This document shows positions 58,343-64,000 of a DNA stretch of 64,000 bases, piece after piece (positions within the stretch are counted from its first letter, which is position 1; each line of letters starts with the position of its first letter). This stretch comes from a candidate division WOR-3 bacterium (lineage in GTDB: Bacteria > Hydrothermota > Tepidihabitantia > Tepidihabitantales > Tepidihabitantaceae). A model generated the notes under the pieces. The model saw nothing but the letters and a program-made list of their open reading frames with translations. It made no database searches and was not told the origin of the DNA. The stretch lies in assembly GCA_024653355.1 (NCBI GenBank), contig JANLFQ010000001.1, forward strand, positions 640,576 through 704,575, written 5' to 3'. A program made the translations under genes and the position numbers.

Positions 58343-59545
58343 ATGAAAGTTCTTTACATCGCCACCGCCTATCCCAGGTCGGAAAGTGATGTCATAACCC
58401 CCTGGCTCGTTGAAACCGTCCAGCGCCTTCAAAAACATGGAATTCAAATAACCGTATTCACCTCCTCCTACAAAGGGTTAGGCAACCAGACAATTTTCGG
58501 CACCAGGGTGATAAGATTCCGTTACTTCTTTTCTCGCTGGGAAAAACTCACCCACGATGAAACCGCGATCGACCGCGTCCGGAAAGGGCTTCTGAACAAA
58601 ATTCTTGCCCTCTGTTATCTCATCTGCGGAACCGTTGCTATCTGGCGTTTATGCCGAAGTGAGAAGTTTGACATCATCCACATCCACTGGCCCCTGCCCC
58701 ATTTTCTTTTCGGATATGTGGCGGCAAAGATGTGCCGGGCACCAACGGTAATCAGTTTTCACGGTGCCGAATTGATGGCGGTCCGCCATAAATTTAAAAT
58801 CCTGCGCCCGTTTGTCCGCTGGGCAATTGCTCAAGCGGACCGAATAACCGCCAACTCCACCTACACCGTTCGAGCGATTCAATCAATACTAAATAAGCCT
58901 GTGGACATCGTACCATTTGGCGCTGGCTTACCCGAAAGTTCGTTAGTTGTCACCCAGCAACCACCGAGCCAGAACGATTACAATATCCTGTTTGTGGGCC
59001 GCCTTGTGGAACGGAAAGGGGTAAATTATCTAATCGAAGCCGCCGCCATTCTTAAACAGAAACTACCGGTGAAAGTGCATATCGTCGGCTCCGGTCCAGA
59101 GATGAACCGGCTTAAGCAACTCACTTCCCAGCTAAAAGTTGATGACACCGTGCTGTTTCACGGTCAGGTTTCTGCTTTGGACCTCCAGCAACATTATCAG
59201 GCCTGTTCGGTGTTCGTCCTGCCCGCAGTTATTGATTCCAAAGGTGACACCGAAGGCCTGGGTGTCGTGTTGATTGAAGCGCTTACCTACCAGAAACCAG
59301 TGGTGGCATCAGCCGTGGGCGGCATAACTGACATAATTATCAACGAAAAAACGGGCATTACCGTTCCTCCCGCCGACAGCACAAAACTTGCCGCCGCAAT
59401 TGAACGACTGCTTACCGATCGCGAACTGGCGGCTCGACTCGCCGCTGCCGGTTATCACCACATTCAGGAGAACTACTCCTGGACAACAATCATTCAGCGC
59501 CTCAGCGCTATTTATCAAAAATTACTTGCCGAAAGGCACGCCTGA
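58343..59545 (+). CDS. GT4-family (GT-B) glycosyltransferase
   Basis: DIIHIHW, LFVGRLVERKG, EGLGVVLIEA, PVVASAVGG. Confidence 0.93.
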   Translation: MKVLYIATAYPRSESDVITPWLVETVQRLQKHGIQITVFTSSYKGLGNQTIFGTRVIRFRYFFSRWEKLTHDETAIDRVRKGLLNKILALCYLICGTVAIWRLCRSEKFDIIHIHWPLPHFLFGYVAAKMCRAPTVISFHGAELMAVRHKFKILRPFVRWAIAQADRITANSTYTVRAIQSILNKPVDIVPFGAGLPESSLVVTQQPPSQNDYNILFVGRLVERKGVNYLIEAAAILKQKLPVKVHIVGSGPEMNRLKQLTSQLKVDDTVLFHGQVSALDLQQHYQACSVFVLPAVIDSKGDTEGLGVVLIEALTYQKPVVASAVGGITDIIINEKTGITVPPADSTKLAAAIERLLTDRELAARLAAAGYHHIQENYSWTTIIQRLSAIYQKLLAERHA

Positions 59546-60519
59546 TGGCTTCTCCCCCAGTGGCAAAAAGAAAACTAAACTGGCTTCGCTACACAGTAGG
59601 TACGGTAATCGTAGTTCTTTCCTTTTATTTCCTTATCGTAAGGCTCATCCGCGATTGGCGCGCAATTCCTTTTACCGAACTGCGCTTCAATCCTTTACTG
59701 CTCATTCTCTCCTACCTCATTCTGCTCTTGATCCATTTTCCTCTCGGTGCCTTCGCCTGGAACTTAATCCTCCGCGGGCTGGGCGAAAAACTTTCTCTGC
59801 GCCGCGCCCTTGCCATAATCACGGTGACCCAGCTGGGCAAATATGCACCAGGGAAGGTGTGGTTTACAATCGGTAGAATGTCATTCGCGGCTCAAGACCG
59901 GGTGCCTGAAGCCAAAACGCTCATCAGCGTTGTAATCGAAACAGGCTTTCTGCTCCTTGCGGCTGTTTTCCTCTTCGCCATCGCCATTATGTTTTTACCC
60001 TCCGCTTTAATTCCCCGCGGCGTCTACTTATCTTTTCTCCTCGCCCCCTTAACTCTAATCATCACCTATCCCCCGATTCTTAACCGGTTGCTCAAACTCC
60101 TCCTGCCGATTTTTAAACAACCGATATTTGCCCTGCGGCTTTCTTACACTCGGCTTCTTGCGATTCTCGGCGTCTATATTCTCGACTGGTTCTTTCAGGG
60201 ATTAGGTTGTTTTGTCCTGATAAACTCATTCTACCCCCTGGGTATTGACAAGCTGCCGATTCTGCTCGGCGGCTACTCAATCTCCTGGATTTTAGGATTT
60301 ATCATCCTGCTTGCACCGGCGGGGCTTGGCGTCCGGGAAGGTATTTATACATTCATATTAAAACTGGTAATGCCCCAGCCGGTTGCTATTATATCTGCGT
60401 TGATTACCAGAGTCTGGATGAGCACCAGTGAAGTGGCAATGGCTCTTTTCTGCCTGCCACTACTGCGCAAAGGAGGCAAAGATGGCAAAGAAACACCGCA
60501 GTCGTCAACCGGAAACTAA
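59545..60519 (+). CDS. Flippase-like membrane protein (lysylphosphatidylglycerol synthase TM/UPF0104 family)
   Basis: QLGKYAPGK, PAGLGVRE motifs; about 8 TM helices. Confidence 0.82.
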   Translation: MASPPVAKRKLNWLRYTVGTVIVVLSFYFLIVRLIRDWRAIPFTELRFNPLLLILSYLILLLIHFPLGAFAWNLILRGLGEKLSLRRALAIITVTQLGKYAPGKVWFTIGRMSFAAQDRVPEAKTLISVVIETGFLLLAAVFLFAIAIMFLPSALIPRGVYLSFLLAPLTLIITYPPILNRLLKLLLPIFKQPIFALRLSYTRLLAILGVYILDWFFQGLGCFVLINSFYPLGIDKLPILLGGYSISWILGFIILLAPAGLGVREGIYTFILKLVMPQPVAIISALITRVWMSTSEVAMALFCLPLLRKGGKDGKETPQSSTGN

Positions 60520-62965
60520 GCCGCCCGCCGATGCCACCCGGCACCGGACTTTTGACCTTAACCAGCAACCGTATCCGCGACTGGCAATCCTCGCCCTTTT
60601 TCTTCTTCCGCTTGTTTTTTATGGCCGCTTCCTCACCGGTTCAGTGATGCTCTTTGGCACCGACTTCATCGGTGCCGGAGGTTATGCTGCCCATCAGTTT
60701 ATGTCCGAATACATTAAGCGGCATCTAACTATTGCCCTCTGGCAACCCCAAATCCTCTGCGGTCAACCAACCGTTGCTGCCTTCTTTGGTGACCTGTTCT
60801 ACCCAACAATACTGCTTCGCCTGCTCTTTCCGGTACATGTTGTCTGGGCATGGACCTTCTATCTCCACACCTTTCTTGCCGGTCTCGGTACCTATCTCTT
60901 CTTAAAAGAACTGAAACTGACCACCCCTGCCGCATTCCTTGCCGGCGTCGCCTATATGTTCTCAGGTAGCCTTTTAACACTCGCTTATGCCGGTCACGAT
61001 GGCAGGCTGATCGGCTCCGCCCTTATGCCTGTTGCGCTGTTTTTCCTCTGCCGGGGTATTAATCGACGCCAGTTTCTCTTCTTCCTCCTCACCGGTTTAA
61101 CTCTTGGTCTCCAGCTCCTTTCGGGGCACATTCAGAAAGTTTATTACACCGCACTCCTTCTTGTCGCCTACTTTGTCTTTGCCTTCATCCGCACCATTCG
61201 CCAGGAGCGAAACCCGAAACTTGCCTTCCGACTTTTGCTGTTCTTCCTTGTTGGGTCACTTTTTGCCGTCTGCCTTGCTGCCATCCAGTACGCGCCAATC
61301 TACGGCAACCTCCCTTACGGCGCCCGGGGTGCAGAACGAGGCTACGAATTTGCCACTTCCTGGTCAATGCCTGTTGCCGAAATTTTTGACCTTCTCACCC
61401 CTCACTTCTCAGGTAGTCTATGGCACTATTGGAGCAAAAACCCGTTCAAACTTCACAGCGAATATCTAGGTATCCTGCCTTTGCTGTTCGCCCTGGTTGC
61501 GCTCTTCCGAACCCGTCAAAAAGCCGAGGTTAAATTCTTTCTTATAACCCTTGTGGTTGCCATCCTGATGGCATGGGGGGGCAACACACCATTCTATCGT
61601 ATCGCCTACTATCTGCTGCCCGGGATTTCTAAGTTTCGAGGCCCGGGAATGATATTCTTCATCGCCAGTTTCTCCATTGCGGTCCTTGCCGGGTATGGCA
61701 TCAATCACCTTTTAACTTATGATGCACAGAAAAGACAAAAAATAATAACGGGCTTTCCCCGCTTTCTTATCTACGGCGGCGGCCTCCTTCTGTTGTTTTT
61801 CTTCATCGCCCTTACCGCCCGCGGTATGTTTTCAACTATCTTCAACCCCGGTCCGCGCCTCGCACAATTTGAAGCCAACTACCCGGCATTCACCACCGGC
61901 TTAATATTCGCCGTTCTCATCTGGGCTCTCGGCTGCCTGTTTGTCTTTCTCCTCAACCGCAACGGACTTTCACCGCTCTTATTCACGACTGTTATTGCCC
62001 TGACAATGACTATTGATATCGGTGTTTCCCTGAAACTCTGGGATAACAATCAAGGGTACATCCGCTCAATCCCACCGCCGCAAGACTATTTTGCCCCGGA
62101 CGAAGTGGTACAATTCCTCAAAGGCGACACCACATTATACCGAGTTCTGCCGTTGAATTATGAACGCTCCGATGAAGGTGAACTCTGGTTACACAACATC
62201 TTTTCGACCGGCGGCCAAATACCGAATCCGCTGCAAACTTATCAAGATTTCATCGGTGCCGGCAAAAGCGTAATGTTTCAGGCGAACAATCTTCTCAATC
62301 CCAACTTTATGAACCTGCTAAATGTCAAATACATTATCACCTACAATCTGCCTGATGATGTCTCGCGCTACGACGCCCAGAGTCAGCAGTTCATCAACCA
62401 GTTAAAACTGTACTTCAGCCAACCCCAGTTCAAAAAAAGTTTTACCGGTGTCCGTTACGCCATTTATGAAAACTTGAACTGTTTGCCCCGGCTCTTCATC
62501 GTCAGAAATTGGGAAATCGTCCCGAACAAAGACCAGCTACTTTCCCGTCTTATGCAGAGCGACTTTAATCCGGCACAAACCGCTCTGTTGTACGAGAATC
62601 CTGGTCTGCCATTGACACCGGACTCAACCCCCTGCCACACCCGTATTATCCATTACGATGCCAATCGTATCACCGTCGAAGCATCCCTTGCCACTCCCGG
62701 CCTATTGGTGATGAGTGAAAACTACCACCCTGATTGGAAAGTCAAGGTTGACGGCAAACCGGCGAAACTCCTTCAGGCGTTCCATACCCTCAGGGCGGTT
62801 ATACTAACTGCGGGCGACCATCAGATTGAATTTCATCATCAACCGCGTTATTACACTCTGGGTATTATCCTTACCCTTTTCGCGACGCTGTTTCTGATTA
62901 TAATCCTGCTGTTCCATATTCTTCAGCGTCGGCACAATCGGATACCAAAAGCTGATGCTCGCTGA
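60482..62965 (+). CDS. YfhO-family GT-C membrane glycosyltransferase
   Basis: LW-x-P-x-x-x-CGQP, FYP, LLSGH, YLG, LLNVKY, LPR, SENYHPDWKVKVDGK; start ATG 60482 with GGAGG. Confidence 0.85.
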   Translation: MAKKHRSRQPETKPPADATRHRTFDLNQQPYPRLAILALFLLPLVFYGRFLTGSVMLFGTDFIGAGGYAAHQFMSEYIKRHLTIALWQPQILCGQPTVAAFFGDLFYPTILLRLLFPVHVVWAWTFYLHTFLAGLGTYLFLKELKLTTPAAFLAGVAYMFSGSLLTLAYAGHDGRLIGSALMPVALFFLCRGINRRQFLFFLLTGLTLGLQLLSGHIQKVYYTALLLVAYFVFAFIRTIRQERNPKLAFRLLLFFLVGSLFAVCLAAIQYAPIYGNLPYGARGAERGYEFATSWSMPVAEIFDLLTPHFSGSLWHYWSKNPFKLHSEYLGILPLLFALVALFRTRQKAEVKFFLITLVVAILMAWGGNTPFYRIAYYLLPGISKFRGPGMIFFIASFSIAVLAGYGINHLLTYDAQKRQKIITGFPRFLIYGGGLLLLFFFIALTARGMFSTIFNPGPRLAQFEANYPAFTTGLIFAVLIWALGCLFVFLLNRNGLSPLLFTTVIALTMTIDIGVSLKLWDNNQGYIRSIPPPQDYFAPDEVVQFLKGDTTLYRVLPLNYERSDEGELWLHNIFSTGGQIPNPLQTYQDFIGAGKSVMFQANNLLNPNFMNLLNVKYIITYNLPDDVSRYDAQSQQFINQLKLYFSQPQFKKSFTGVRYAIYENLNCLPRLFIVRNWEIVPNKDQLLSRLMQSDFNPAQTALLYENPGLPLTPDSTPCHTRIIHYDANRITVEASLATPGLLVMSENYHPDWKVKVDGKPAKLLQAFHTLRAVILTAGDHQIEFHHQPRYYTLGIILTLFATLFLIIILLFHILQRRHNRIPKADAR

Positions 62966-64000
62966 AGACCAGCGGATTACCAAAAAAGATTTCTTCCTTG
63001 CTCTATTTGCTTTTGTCATTACCCTAACTGTCCATCTAGTTCGTCTCAATTACTGGACACCGCTTCCCGATGAAATAAACTACGCCCTTTCTGCCCGTCA
63101 CCTCATAACCAACCGGACACTCATCGGCAACGACATTATGTTCTTTCCGCCTCTTTTTGTATATAGTGCCGCATTACTTCAAAAATTTGGCGTTGAATTA
63201 CTGCTCTCAGTCCGGCTCATTTCCTGTATTGCCGGTGCCCTAATTCTCACCTTGCTCTATCTCGGCTTGCGTGCCATTTATTCGCGCAAAACCACTCTTA
63301 TCGCTACCGGTATTACTTTCTCCCTTTTCACATTTCACCTGTATAGCCGGCTTGGTCAAGTGGAAATTCTTATGCTGATGTTTATCACTTTAAGCATAAT
63401 GGGCACTCTTCACAATAAACCATTCCTTGCGGGATTTTCTTTAGGTCTGGCATTATGGACAAAAGAAGCCGCCCTCGGGACACTTCTCAGTTTACTTATC
63501 TATTTCATTTTGCAGCGACAGGGTCGCGGTCGTTTGTTAACCCGTTTCCTCGCCGGTGTAACCGGTCCCTTTATTTTACTTCTGGTATTTGGTTTAATCT
63601 CCGGACAAAATTTGCTTTTAGAAATAATGGCAAGCCGGGGTTATGACATCAATATGTTAAAGTTGGCTCCTTTTGCCAATTTTATTGCCACCGGTGCGAA
63701 CCTGTCATTCAACCTGTTTCCCAGACTGTTTTATAAATGGGAATTTCTGGCATTTGTACTCCTGGCTCCTGTTACTACACTCTTTTTTCTGTTCCTGACG
63801 ATTAAAAGTGGTCTTAAATCAAGACCTTTCCCATTACTAATAACCTGCTACCTTTTAGTTCATCTAACTTTCTTCTTCTTTTTCTCCCGCAAGTTCGACT
63901 ACTATCTTCTACCCGCGGCAATGTTAATTGTTTTGGTAAGCAGTTGTGAACTGTTCGAACACGAAAATTCAGTTAAATTGCAGTTTATCGGGAAAATACT
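62955..64000 (+). CDS. ArnT/PMT-like (GT-C) membrane glycosyltransferase, partial (runs off window; absent from ORF track)
   Basis: Manual translation: MLAEDQRITKK...PDEINY...FPPLF...SVRL...YSRLGQVE...GLALWTKE...RKFDYYLLP; no stop seen to 64000. Confidence 0.85.
   Translation, partial: MLAEDQRITKKDFFLALFAFVITLTVHLVRLNYWTPLPDEINYALSARHLITNRTLIGNDIMFFPPLFVYSAALLQKFGVELLLSVRLISCIAGALILTLLYLGLRAIYSRKTTLIATGITFSLFTFHLYSRLGQVEILMLMFITLSIMGTLHNKPFLAGFSLGLALWTKEAALGTLLSLLIYFILQRQGRGRLLTRFLAGVTGPFILLLVFGLISGQNLLLEIMASRGYDINMLKLAPFANFIATGANLSFNLFPRLFYKWEFLAFVLLAPVTTLFFLFLTIKSGLKSRPFPLLITCYLLVHLTFFFFFSRKFDYYLLPAAMLIVLVSSCELFEHENSVKLQFIGKI

Noticed and set aside
1..64000. CRISPR array, prophage, IS or tRNA-integrated island
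   Set aside because: No spaced direct repeats, integrase, transposase or tRNA 3'-end duplications seen; the lone HNH sits in a housekeeping-type operon

Overview
Core-genome window (~50% GC, no CRISPR, prophage, IS or integrase seen) from a diderm bacterium. The gene content (secreted proteins with T9SS/FlgD-like C-terminal domains, PorV-like barrel, LapAB, two Omp85 proteins, TrmI, membrane PPase, several archaea-associated families) resembles candidate phylum WOR-3 or a related FCB-adjacent lineage; this placement is an inference. It carries about 48 CDS (glyA, eno, ftsB, Btu-like ABC, trmI, nusA, infB, uppP, miaB, lapAB, mutS, hppA, clpC, bamA, rpsT and others) and three tRNAs without encoded CCA (Leu-CAA, Ala-GGC, Phe-GAA). 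Main signals not captured by the gene list: (1) the D-S/T-(A/I/L/V/M/T) sequon, the Bacteroidota O-glycosylation motif, is strongly enriched in exported but not cytoplasmic proteins, and an operon behind tRNA-Phe/rpsT encodes GT4, a flippase-like protein, YfhO and a GT-C enzyme, together a candidate general protein O-glycosylation system; (2) leaderless transcription looks pervasive, from TTGACN-N16-TANNNT promoters with a 16-bp spacer, including a leaderless 20-codon uORF coupled to nusA; (3) a putative sigma54-driven GNAT/SLBB/two-component/GspE module has a structured leader holding a 12-codon uORF; (4) one chaperone has a parvulin domain nested inside another, and the membrane PPase carries the Na+,H+ signature. 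All counts are manual.
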